A program made the translations under genes and the position numbers. DNA of 62,121 nt, filler included, from Coriobacteriales bacterium (GTDB lineage: Bacteria; Actinomycetota; Coriobacteriia; Coriobacteriales; UBA8131): the NCBI GenBank assembly GCA_031263105.1. It is 3 parts of 3 records of this genome, joined end to end, with 100 filler letters (N's around TTAATTAATTAA, not from the genome) between each part and the next. Parts side by side here need not be neighbours in the genome. Positions count along the whole stretch, not along the records: positions 24,148 to 39,303 come from JAISGJ010000060.1; 2 more parts are not named here. One strand, given 5' to 3'. Positions within the stretch are counted from its first letter, which is position 1. Every line of letters starts with the position of its first letter. Below, one piece after another: positions 28,411-37,242 of the stretch. The notes beneath the pieces are model-generated. The model made no database searches, was not told the DNA's origin, and saw nothing but the letters and a program-made list of their open reading frames with translations.

Positions 28411-29871
28411 ATGTGGCAAAAAGTTGTGCGCTGGGCACAGCGCGAGCGGGGAGAAAATCAGGGGGGGGGGGGGGCATATCCTGTTGCGCTCTGGGTGACC
28501 ATCGGACTCGGAGCAATGGGCATATGGATGAACCTCGTGGGGTACAGTTCCGCCTTTGCCCCTCTCCCGGCGACCCAGGAAGCGCTTGCTCAGCCGGAGT
28601 TGAGCAGGTACGCGTTCTACGTTGGCCTGTTTGCGTGCGGCGTGCTTCTTATCACGCTGGATAAGAGGATTCCCCCGATAAAGACCTATCTTGATTTTGG
28701 GATGGGCGTCCTGATGTGCATGGGGACCGCCTCCTTTGGCATAGCGTATCAACAAAACCTGTATAGTCCTGTGGTCCTCGCGACGATAGGCTGCTTTTGC
28801 TCCGGTGTGGGCTATGCCTGGTTTGTCCGCTCCTTCTACCTGCTGCTCGCGACGAGGGAGAGTTTTAAGGTCGCCATCATAGCCATCACCGCAAGCCTCC
28901 TTGTCGAAAGCATAGCCGCGATGCTGCTCAATATCATGTTGCCTCGGGTCGCCCAGGTTGTTGTGGGGACGCTCATGCCTCCCGTCGCCTGTATCATCCT
29001 CATTGTGACGACATCGCGAACGCAGGGGCTCGTTCGCTCTGAACCAAAATTCACCGGTAAGCAGGCGCGCTATCAGGTTCAGATACTTGCCGTTGCCGTG
29101 CTGAGTCTCCTGGTCATCCGCGCCGTTACGACCGTGGGTCTCTGGGGCAATGTCCGCGAAGACCTCTCCCAGTTCTCCGCTCAGGCGGTGTTTGAGCAGG
29201 TCGGGTCATGCCTGGTGCTTGTGGTACTCGCCTTTTTTGTGCTCATACGGCGCAGCGAGGCCCCTCTGCACTCTCGCTACCAGATACCGCTTCTGGTCAT
29301 CGTCGCGGGATGTCTCGCCTATCTCATCAATGAGTACGCCCTCCCGCTTGCACATCCTTCAGAACGCATCGTCATAGAGGCCATCGAGCTTTTTGGTCAT
29401 CTCGTCATGTGGACGATTGTCATCGCAAGCATCAAGTGGCTTTCCACCTCCCCCTTCCGCATTATGGGAGGGATGGCGGTCATGTACAGCATACTGGCGA
29501 TTGCCTGGATGTATTTCTTTGAGGGCTCATCGAACCCTATCTCCGCGTTTGTGCTTATCGTGGTCTATATTGTGGCGTTCTTCCTGGCAATCATGCCTTT
29601 AGGCATCCAGGAGACAGCGCGGGCCGTGCCGGAGGACATCTATGGGTCGATTGTCGAGCGCTATGGTCTGACGCAGCGCGAGCGCGAGATACTGACGTTT
29701 CTGGCGCAGGGGAGAAACCGACCCTACATCCAGCAGAAACTGCATCTCGCGGATGGGACCGTCAAGACGCATACGTCACACATCTATGCGAAGCTGGGTA
29801 TCCACACCAAGCAGGAGTTGATCGACCTCATCGAGCGCTCAGCCGCGGACGAACAGCACAACGGCCAGTGA
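28411..29871 (+). CDS. Multi-TM LuxR-family one-component regulator
   Basis: About 12 hydrophobic segments plus C-terminal LTQREREIL..LAQGR...TVKTHTSHIYAKLG HTH. Confidence 0.92.
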   Translation: MWQKVVRWAQRERGENQGGGGAYPVALWVTIGLGAMGIWMNLVGYSSAFAPLPATQEALAQPELSRYAFYVGLFACGVLLITLDKRIPPIKTYLDFGMGVLMCMGTASFGIAYQQNLYSPVVLATIGCFCSGVGYAWFVRSFYLLLATRESFKVAIIAITASLLVESIAAMLLNIMLPRVAQVVVGTLMPPVACIILIVTTSRTQGLVRSEPKFTGKQARYQVQILAVAVLSLLVIRAVTTVGLWGNVREDLSQFSAQAVFEQVGSCLVLVVLAFFVLIRRSEAPLHSRYQIPLLVIVAGCLAYLINEYALPLAHPSERIVIEAIELFGHLVMWTIVIASIKWLSTSPFRIMGGMAVMYSILAIAWMYFFEGSSNPISAFVLIVVYIVAFFLAIMPLGIQETARAVPEDIYGSIVERYGLTQREREILTFLAQGRNRPYIQQKLHLADGTVKTHTSHIYAKLGIHTKQELIDLIERSAADEQHNGQ

Positions 29872-30122
29872 GCTGCGCGTGTTTCTCCGCGTCGGCGAGG
29901 TGCCCGGCGGAATAGGTGGCATCTAAAAGATGTACCCACTAAACCGATGGTTTCCCCGTGCGCCTGTGCCTGCCCTTCTCAATCCCCGGCGTTTGAGCAT
30001 ATAATACCCACAGAGGCATACGTGCTGGATGCCGCTGCGCGAAGAATGGGGCTTCGCGGTTTTCGCGTTGTCCCTTTCCAGGAAGAACCAGTCCGTAAGG
30101 GAACACGAAAAAAGGAGGAAAC

Positions 30123-32510
30123 ATGAACGAGAGAAAAACAACAGCGCTGTTCGACAGGCTCGACAGGCTCGGTGGGGCTGGCGGGGGTGACCGGCCCGGC
30201 GGATTCGACGTCATCGACACGGCCGCTACCGCCGGCATCTCACGTCGAGGCTTCCTGAAGGGGGCTGCCGTCTCGACACTGGCGGCCGGGGTGCTGGGTG
30301 CAGCGGGAGCGGCCCTGACCGGCTGCACGCCCAGCGATTCCGGGCCCTCGGGCAGCCCGTCAGGAGGAGGCTCGTCCACCGGCGGTGGCGCCGCGACCGG
30401 TGGCGCGCTCAATCCGCAGGACTACAGCTACACGACCAACTCCATCACCAATTTTGCCAGCAGCGCCTTTTTCACGCCGTGGCAGATTGGCCCGCACACC
30501 ATCGAGAACCGCATGGTCAAATCGGCGGCCTTTCAGCTGGCGTTCATGCGCAACATCAAAGACGAGTACATCGGCTACTACCAGCGCATGGCAGAGGGCG
30601 GCGTGGGGATGATTTGGATTGAGGACTGCGCCAATCTCTGGGACTTCACCGCCAGCCCCATGAAGCAGCCCTTCGACGCCTACGACATGCCAGGGCTGCT
30701 CGATGCCCTGCACGGCGCCGGCGCCAAGGTCGGCTACCAGTTCGACACCATGGGCTCGCCCGTCGGCCCGCTGGACTTCACCATGCCCTTCCTGGGAGAG
30801 TATTCCATCGACGACGTCAAGGGCTGGGTGCAGGCCGTCATCGACATCGGCAAGAAGCTCAAGGAGACCGGCTTCGACGCCTACGAGCTCAACTTCGCCG
30901 CCAACAACCTCGGCCAGTCGTTCTTCTCGCGCGCGCGCAACAACCGCACCGACGAGTACGGGCCGCAGACCCTGGAGAGCCGCACCAAGTTCATGGTGGA
31001 GTGCATCACCGGCATCAAGGAGGCCTGCGGCGAGGACTTCGTAGTCCAGCTGCTGATCAACGGCATCGAGGAGAACGACGCCCACCTCGGGGACAGCTCG
31101 CTTTACACCGGCCTGGAGGAGACCAAGGCCATCGCCAAGACGGCGGAAGACGCAGGCGCGGACTCCATCCATCTGCGCATCGGCCCGGCCGGCATGCATG
31201 TGGCCCAGTTCGCCTCCGAACTCTACTTCGCCCCTCGCGGCCTGGAGGGCCAGAGCGGCTACGGCTCGCGCTTCGACTTCTCGCGCCACTTCGGCGGCAT
31301 CCTGCGCGCCAGCCACTCGGGCTGCGGCCTCAACCTCGACATGGCCGCCGCCGTCAAGGAGGCCGTCTCCATTCCGGTCGGCGCCGCCTCGTACATGGAT
31401 CCCGCCCAGGCCCCGGACTACTTCGAGGCCGCGCTCTCGGAGGGCAAGATCGACTTCTTGGTGATGAACCGCCCCTTCTGCGTCGACCCCGGCTATGTGA
31501 ACAAGCTGCGCGAGGGCAAGCTGGACGAGATCGCGCCCTGCACCCGCTGCCTGCACTGCTTCTACGACGCAGACCTGAAGGGCACGGCCCTGATGGAGCA
31601 CTGCCGTGTCAACGCCGCCAACTGGCGGGCCTATGGCGAGGCCATGCCCGAGGGCTACGAGCCCTTGCCCGCGACGGGCGACAAGAAGGTCATGGTCGTG
31701 GGGGGAGGCCCCGCCGGTTGCGAGGCCGCCCGCATCGCCGCCCAGCGTGGGTACGCGGTCACGCTGTATGAGAAGAGCACGGCCCTGGGCGGGATGCTCT
31801 CGACCGCCGAGGCCATCAAGGGGCCCCACGAGAACCTCTCACGTCTGGCGGCCTACCTTGCCAAGCAGCAGGAGCTGGCCGGCGTCGAGGTGGTCACCGG
31901 GACCGAGGTCGACGCCGCCCTCATCACGAGCGAGGCCCCCGACGTCCTCATACTGGCTGTCGGCGGCACGCGCACGTCGCTCGGCCTCACAGCCTCCGGC
32001 TCCACCGCCGTCTACGACATCGCCAGCTTCCTCGGTGCCGATCTAGGGGAGAAGGTCGTGGTTTGGGGCGGCAACTGCCAGGCCGTCGATGTCGCCGTCT
32101 ACCTCGCGGGAGAAGGCTACCAGGTGGACATCGTGGCCCCGGACGACTTCGTCGTCCCCTCGATGTTCGGGATGCCGCCGGGAACCGACCCGCTGAAGGT
32201 CTTCGACAAGGGCCACTCCGCGAACATGCGGGAGTTCCTCTTGCCGGCGCTGACCGCCACCGGCTGCCATATATGGGCCAGCGCCCAGATAGACGCGGTC
32301 GGCGAGGGCTCCATCGAGATCACCACGGAGTCCGGCCTCAAGCAGACGATCGCCTGCGACTCCGTGGTCGACGTCAGCGACATGCTGCCGAACAAGGACC
32401 TGCTCGACGGCCTGGGCAGCATCGAGGCCTACGCGGTGGGCGACTGCGACACCCCCTACAACATCGCAGAGGCCATCGCCGCCGGCAACCTGACGGCCCG
32501 CATGATATAG
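30123..32510 (+). CDS. Tat/lipoprotein NADH:flavin oxidoreductase (Old Yellow Enzyme / 2,4-dienoyl-CoA reductase-like)
   Basis: SRRGFLK, LTGC, NNRTDEYG, CTRCLHC..C, VVGGGPAG, AVGDC. Confidence 0.88.
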   Translation: MNERKTTALFDRLDRLGGAGGGDRPGGFDVIDTAATAGISRRGFLKGAAVSTLAAGVLGAAGAALTGCTPSDSGPSGSPSGGGSSTGGGAATGGALNPQDYSYTTNSITNFASSAFFTPWQIGPHTIENRMVKSAAFQLAFMRNIKDEYIGYYQRMAEGGVGMIWIEDCANLWDFTASPMKQPFDAYDMPGLLDALHGAGAKVGYQFDTMGSPVGPLDFTMPFLGEYSIDDVKGWVQAVIDIGKKLKETGFDAYELNFAANNLGQSFFSRARNNRTDEYGPQTLESRTKFMVECITGIKEACGEDFVVQLLINGIEENDAHLGDSSLYTGLEETKAIAKTAEDAGADSIHLRIGPAGMHVAQFASELYFAPRGLEGQSGYGSRFDFSRHFGGILRASHSGCGLNLDMAAAVKEAVSIPVGAASYMDPAQAPDYFEAALSEGKIDFLVMNRPFCVDPGYVNKLREGKLDEIAPCTRCLHCFYDADLKGTALMEHCRVNAANWRAYGEAMPEGYEPLPATGDKKVMVVGGGPAGCEAARIAAQRGYAVTLYEKSTALGGMLSTAEAIKGPHENLSRLAAYLAKQQELAGVEVVTGTEVDAALITSEAPDVLILAVGGTRTSLGLTASGSTAVYDIASFLGADLGEKVVVWGGNCQAVDVAVYLAGEGYQVDIVAPDDFVVPSMFGMPPGTDPLKVFDKGHSANMREFLLPALTATGCHIWASAQIDAVGEGSIEITTESGLKQTIACDSVVDVSDMLPNKDLLDGLGSIEAYAVGDCDTPYNIAEAIAAGNLTARMI

Positions 32511-32628
32511 GCTCGCACCCTATAGGCTCGCACCCGACACGCCGGTGCATGCGCGTGCGTGCGCCGGCGCGTCGGGAGGTTCGTGACGCCCGGGCTGCGG
32601 CCGAGCGCGGGACGAAGCATTGTCCGGG

Positions 32629-32763
32629 TGCGGTCGACCGCTGGCGCGGTCGAGGATCCCTCGGCAGGCTCGGGATGACAGTGGGGGGCCGGGATGACAG
32701 TGGGGGGCCGGGACGGCAGTGGGGGGCCGGGACGGCGGTGGGGGCCGGGACGGCGGTGGGGGG
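32629..32763. repeat. Partial MITE (right half) with 5 tandem copies of the subterminal unit
   Basis: GCGGTCGACCGCTGGCGCGGTCGAGGATCCCTCGGCAGGCTCGGGATGACAGTGGGGGG, then degenerating CCGGGA(T/C)G(A/G)C(A/G)GTGGGGGG units. Confidence 0.8.
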
Positions 32764-33681
32764 TTATGCGGCGGGGTATGAGCCGAGGGACTTGACTTCG
32801 CGCAGTTTGAGGCGCAGGCAGTCGAGGGCGGTCTTGACGTGGATGTCGTCGGTGTGGCCGTCTATGTCTATCCAGAACATGTAGTCGCCCAAGGCACGCT
32901 TCGTCGGGCGCGACTGGATCTTTGTGAGGTTCAGCCCTGCGTAGGCGAACTCCTCGAGGATCATGAGCAGGGTGCCGGGGCGGTCCTGGCGCATGAAGAG
33001 CGCCAGCGAGGTCTTGTAGCCCGTCGTGTCGCGAGGCGTGGGCAGAGGGTCGTTCCCGATGAGGACGAAGCGGGTCTGGTTGCCGAGATGGTCCTCGATC
33101 TGCTCCGCCAGCACCTCTCCCCCAAAGAGTCGGGCGGCAAGCCCGGCACCGATGGCCGCGAGCCGTGGGTCGGCGACGGCCATGCGCACGGCCTCGGCCG
33201 TGGAGGTGGTGGCGAGCGTATGTGCAGTCGGCAGGTGATGCTGCAACCAGCGACGCGACTGCGCGAGCGCCTGCGGATGGGAGGCCACGGTGTCGATCTG
33301 CGCGAGGGCCGTGCCCGGCTGCACGACAAGGTTGTGATGGATGTCGACGACGACCTCGCCGAGGATCTGGGCCCCCGAGGTGAACGCGAACGCGTCGAGC
33401 GTCTCGTTGACGCTGCCCTCGAGCGCGTTCTCTATGGGCACGACGCCGAAACGGGCGCGCCCACGATCGACCAGCTCGAATATCTCGGAGATGGTGGCAC
33501 ACTCGAAAAGCCCGTCGGGGGCGGAGGCGGAGCTCGCGGCACCGGGGGCGGGGGCGGCGTCGGGGGCGGGGGCGGCGTCGGGGGCGGAGCTCGCGGCATC
33601 CGACCGTGCGAACAGGCGGGCCGCCTCATGGCTGAATGTCCCCTCGGGACCAAGGTAGGCATACCTGTTGTCTATGGGCAC
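32764..33681 (-). CDS. pheA: Prephenate dehydratase
   Basis: YLGPEGTFSH, VPIENALEG, SHPQALAQ, NQTRF, NLTKIQSRP, LGSYP. Confidence 0.95.
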   Translation of the reverse strand: MPIDNRYAYLGPEGTFSHEAARLFARSDAASSAPDAAPAPDAAPAPGAASSASAPDGLFECATISEIFELVDRGRARFGVVPIENALEGSVNETLDAFAFTSGAQILGEVVVDIHHNLVVQPGTALAQIDTVASHPQALAQSRRWLQHHLPTAHTLATTSTAEAVRMAVADPRLAAIGAGLAARLFGGEVLAEQIEDHLGNQTRFVLIGNDPLPTPRDTTGYKTSLALFMRQDRPGTLLMILEEFAYAGLNLTKIQSRPTKRALGDYMFWIDIDGHTDDIHVKTALDCLRLKLREVKSLGSYPAA

Positions 33682-34139
33682 TATTCTCCCCCTCCATCGG
33701 ACAGTTGCGCTTGGTTCAAGCTCTTGGCATCCAGATGCCGGTAACTTTGGATTGCGCGATCTATCGAGAGTTCGGGGTCAATCGTCTCATCAACCCGCTC
33801 GCTGCCCACCTTTGCCAGCCACAGCTTGAACGGCTCGGCCTTCTTGCTGGGGATGGACTGGACAAGGCGAAATATCTGCTCGGTGTCGGCGACATCGGTT
33901 TTTCGCATCTTGCCATCAGATGCCTGCATCTTCAAACCGTGACAATTTGTCACGGTTTCGTTTCCCTCGGCGAGCAAGCGCTGCTTAAGCTTGCGCCAGT
34001 AGGCGGAGGCATCTGTGCTTTCTGTGAGAACGGCTACCACGTCCACGATTGATAGCCACCACTTTTCGTTATCCTCATCCCATTCAGCACGGACGTGACG
34101 CCCCTCAAAGAGCTTTATCTTATTATTGGCTTCACTCAT
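33681..34139 (-). CDS. BRO-N domain protein, apparently C-terminally truncated
   Basis: WWLSIVDVV..LT, YWRKLKQRL, DGKMRKTD, QSIPSKKAEPFKLWLA; lower GC; family-like sequence ends after AIQSYRHL. Confidence 0.8.
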   Translation of the reverse strand: MSEANNKIKLFEGRHVRAEWDEDNEKWWLSIVDVVAVLTESTDASAYWRKLKQRLLAEGNETVTNCHGLKMQASDGKMRKTDVADTEQIFRLVQSIPSKKAEPFKLWLAKVGSERVDETIDPELSIDRAIQSYRHLDAKSLNQAQLSDGGGE

Positions 34140-34295
34140 TGGTCATATGCTCCCAAAGTTTCTTATAGCTCGCGACCATATCGGCTCACCTCTTTGCGTT
34201 GCGGAAACCGGCTTCGTGTATGTTTATTATATCACAATAGTGTTTGCCTTTACTGCATAGTTCCCGATTCCGTCGGGGGGGGGGGGGGGGGGGTC

Positions 34296-34772
34296 GTTAC
34301 AGGTACAGGCCACACCCCCCACTGTCATCCCGAGCGGAGGAGGTCAAGGTCAGAAGGAACGGCAAGACGTACATGTCACAGGCCACACCCCCCACTGTCA
34401 TCCCGAGCGGAGGGGGCGAAGCCCCCGCAGCCGAGGGATCCTTGGGTCCGAGCGCCCGGAAAACGCACCGCGTTCTCAGCGAGGACGGCGCGGCAGGCCA
34501 GTGGACTGGGAAACAGCCCAGTGGGCTGTTTCCGGGCGAAGCTGCGAAGCAGCGGGTGAGCCCATGGAACCGGCAGGCCCACGGGACGCGAAGCAGCCAA
34601 CCCATGCCAAGAGCCCGCGCAGCGGGCGACACACTGTTTCGACTGCGGGGCAGCCAACCGCAGGCAGAGGCGCCTTCCGGCCGCAGTCGACCGCTGGCGC
34701 GGTCGAAGATTCCTCGGCAAGCTCGGAATGACAGTGGGGGGTGTGGCCTGTAACAGGGGTGTGGCCTGTAAC
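34296..34772. mobile_element. Long composite MITE copy D (two left ends, two right ends)
   Basis: ACAGGCCACACCCCCCACTGTCAT at ~34305 and ~34378; ATGACAGTGGGGGGTGTGGCCTGTAAC ending 34754, repeated end at 34772. Confidence 0.8.
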
Positions 34773-34787
34773 AGGGGGGGGGGGGGG

Positions 34788-35237
34788 TCAGCTGATGCGG
34801 CCCTGCTGGCCCTGTGAGCCCTGTGAGCCTTGTGTGCCTTGCGGGCCTTGGGAGAGGCCGCCTTGGGAGGAGGTGGTGCCGTCGGGGGCCTCGAAGTCCT
34901 GGGACTGGCCGCCTGGGAACGACTGGTTGGGGACGAAGTTCGCCCCGTTCGCCCCGCCGCGCATTCCCACGGGCATGACCTGCAAGACGAGGCCGACGGA
35001 GCTGACCACGAGCGTCAGCGCGAGAAGGATGATGACGATCCAAGCGTGCAGCGCCCTCACCCCGCCCGCCTGCGGAGGCGCCGACAGCGGCGCGGGCATC
35101 GGAGCGTGCGCCTGCGCCGAGGGCTGCGCCGACCCCAGGCCCGGTGCCAGGCCCGGTGCCGGTGCCGGTGCCGGAGCGGGCACCTGCCCTGATGCCGCCG
35201 CTTGGCTCCCCCTGTTTGTGTGCTCTTGTTCGTACAT
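34788..35237 (-). CDS. Small single-TM, Pro/Gly/Gln-rich protein at the end of the ABC operon
   Basis: GAAAGGA RBS; one strong TM helix; low-complexity flanks. Confidence 0.6.
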   Translation of the reverse strand: MYEQEHTNRGSQAAASGQVPAPAPAPAPGLAPGLGSAQPSAQAHAPMPAPLSAPPQAGGVRALHAWIVIILLALTLVVSSVGLVLQVMPVGMRGGANGANFVPNQSFPGGQSQDFEAPDGTTSSQGGLSQGPQGTQGSQGSQGQQGRIS

Positions 35238-35317
35238 GATCGGTCCTTTCTCTTCCAATACGATACTGCCGTTACTCAATGCTGCCCCGGGGCGACGGCG
35301 CCCCGTTCACGATGCCC

Positions 35318-36529
35318 TCATTCGTATCTCAGGGCTTCGATCGGGTGCATCCGGGCCGCCTTGTTGGCGGGATACAGGCCGAAGACCATGCCGATAACCG
35401 TGGAGAAGACCACTGCCACGACGATGACCGTCCCGGAGAAGCTGTAGGTGGTCGCAGACGTCGTGCCGGAGGCCTCGGCACCGGAGAGGGCGACCATGTT
35501 CGCGATGCCCAGCACGATGCCGGAGCCGAGGATGCCGATCGCGCAGCCGATGAGGCAGAGCACCAGCGCCTCCAGCAGGAACTGGGTCATGATGCTCCCT
35601 CGGGTGGCGCCGATGGCCTTGCGGATGCCGATCTCGCGCGTGCGCTCGGTGACGGAGACCAGCATGATGTTCATGATGCCGATGCCGCCCACCAGAAGCG
35701 AGATGCCCGCGATGCCTCCCAGCAGCAGCGCAAAGGTGTCTTGGACGCTGCTCAGGGTTTCGGAGAGGGTCGCCATGCTCTGCACGTAGTAGGCGTCGGT
35801 GTCGCCGCCGAAGCGCAGGGAGAGCCAGGAGTTCAAGGTCAGCTCGGCGTCCTCGATCTGGGAGGGGTCCGCCGCCGTGGCATAGAAGCTGCTGACGTCG
35901 CTGGAGCCGGTCGTACGCGCGGTCACCGTGAAGGGCAGGTACACGGAGTAGGACTGCATGCCGCCCGCCGTGACGCTCTCGTTCTCCGCCAGCACGCCCA
36001 CGACCTGGTACGGCAGGCCGTCCAGCATGATCGACTGCCCGCAGATGTCGCTGATCGGCACCTCCGCGAACAAGGCGGCTGCGGCCTCGTAGCTGAGCAC
36101 CACGACGTGGGCGAGGTTGTCGAGGTCGGGTTGCAGCAGGAGGCGGCCGGCCGCGAGCGTGCTGCCCATGATCGAGAAGTAGGCGTTGTTGGTCCCCGTG
36201 ATGCTCACCCGCACCGTGTCCGTGCCCTGCTTCACGCTGCCCGAGCTTTGCAGGTAGGGCGCTGTGAGCCCCAGGCTGTCGTTTGCGGCAAGGGCCTCGA
36301 TCTCGTCTTGCTTCAAAGGCTCGCCGCCATCGTCGCGGATGCTCACGGTGAAGAGGTCGTTGCCCATCTGTGAGATGCGGTCGGACACGCTGCTGGTCGC
36401 GCTCGTGACCAGCGAGACGAGCACGACCAGCGCCATGACGCCGATGATGATGCCGAGCATGGTGAGGAAGGCCCGCATCTTGTTCACGAGGATGGACTTC
36501 ACGGCCATCTTGATGGACTGGAGGATCAT
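35318..36529 (-). CDS. MacB/FtsX-family ABC permease
   Basis: NKMRAFLTMLGIIIG, GGIGIMNIMLVSVTERTREIGIRKAIGA, PIEALRYE. Confidence 0.95.
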   Translation of the reverse strand: MILQSIKMAVKSILVNKMRAFLTMLGIIIGVMALVVLVSLVTSATSSVSDRISQMGNDLFTVSIRDDGGEPLKQDEIEALAANDSLGLTAPYLQSSGSVKQGTDTVRVSITGTNNAYFSIMGSTLAAGRLLLQPDLDNLAHVVVLSYEAAAALFAEVPISDICGQSIMLDGLPYQVVGVLAENESVTAGGMQSYSVYLPFTVTARTTGSSDVSSFYATAADPSQIEDAELTLNSWLSLRFGGDTDAYYVQSMATLSETLSSVQDTFALLLGGIAGISLLVGGIGIMNIMLVSVTERTREIGIRKAIGATRGSIMTQFLLEALVLCLIGCAIGILGSGIVLGIANMVALSGAEASGTTSATTYSFSGTVIVVAVVFSTVIGMVFGLYPANKAARMHPIEALRYE

Positions 36530-37242
36530 CCGTCGGCCACCCTTCCGTCCTTGATGCGCACCCTGCGCCCCGTCTGGGCCGCCAGGTGGTCGTCGTGCGT
36601 GATGAGCACGATGGTGCGCCCGCTGGCGTTGAGCCCGTGGAGAAGCTCGATGATCTCCCCGCCGGTGTGCGAGTCGAGGTTGCCCGTCGGCTCGTCGGCG
36701 AGGATCAGCGAGGGCTCCGTCACCAGCGCCCGCGCTATCGCCGCACGCTGCTGCTGGCCGCCGCTGACGCTGTTGGGGGTGTGCCGCCGCCGCTCGAGGA
36801 GTCCGACCTTCTCCAGAGCTGCCTCCACGAGGGGCCTGCGCTGGGCGGCCTTCATGCCCTGGTAGACCAAGGGGAGCTCGACGTTCTCCTCGATGCTCAT
36901 GCGACCGATGAGGTTGAAGTTCTGGAACACGAAGCCGATGTGCCGGTTGCGGATGCGCGCAAGCTCGTTGCTGCCGTAGGACTCGATGGGCACGCCGTCC
37001 AGCAGGTACATGCCGGAATCGGCCACGTCCAGCACGCCGATGATGTTCATCAGGGTGCTCTTGCCGCTCCCGGAAGGCCCCACGATCCCCACGAACTCGC
37101 CGTCCGCGACGCTCAGGTGCACGTCGTCCAAGGCGTATACCTCGCTGTCGCCCAGGATGTAGGTCTTGGATATGCCGATAAGGTCGATCACTTCCGGACT
37201 CCCAAGCGCCGCGTCATTGGCGAGCGGGGCCCTGGCCCCCAT
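36526..37242 (-). CDS. ABC ATP-binding protein (LolD/MacB type)
   Basis: GPSGSGKST, IGFVFQ.FNL, SGGQQQR, ADEPTGNLD; start uncertain (37242 or 37191). Confidence 0.92.
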   Translation of the reverse strand: MGARAPLANDAALGSPEVIDLIGISKTYILGDSEVYALDDVHLSVADGEFVGIVGPSGSGKSTLMNIIGVLDVADSGMYLLDGVPIESYGSNELARIRNRHIGFVFQNFNLIGRMSIEENVELPLVYQGMKAAQRRPLVEAALEKVGLLERRRHTPNSVSGGQQQRAAIARALVTEPSLILADEPTGNLDSHTGGEIIELLHGLNASGRTIVLITHDDHLAAQTGRRVRIKDGRVADG

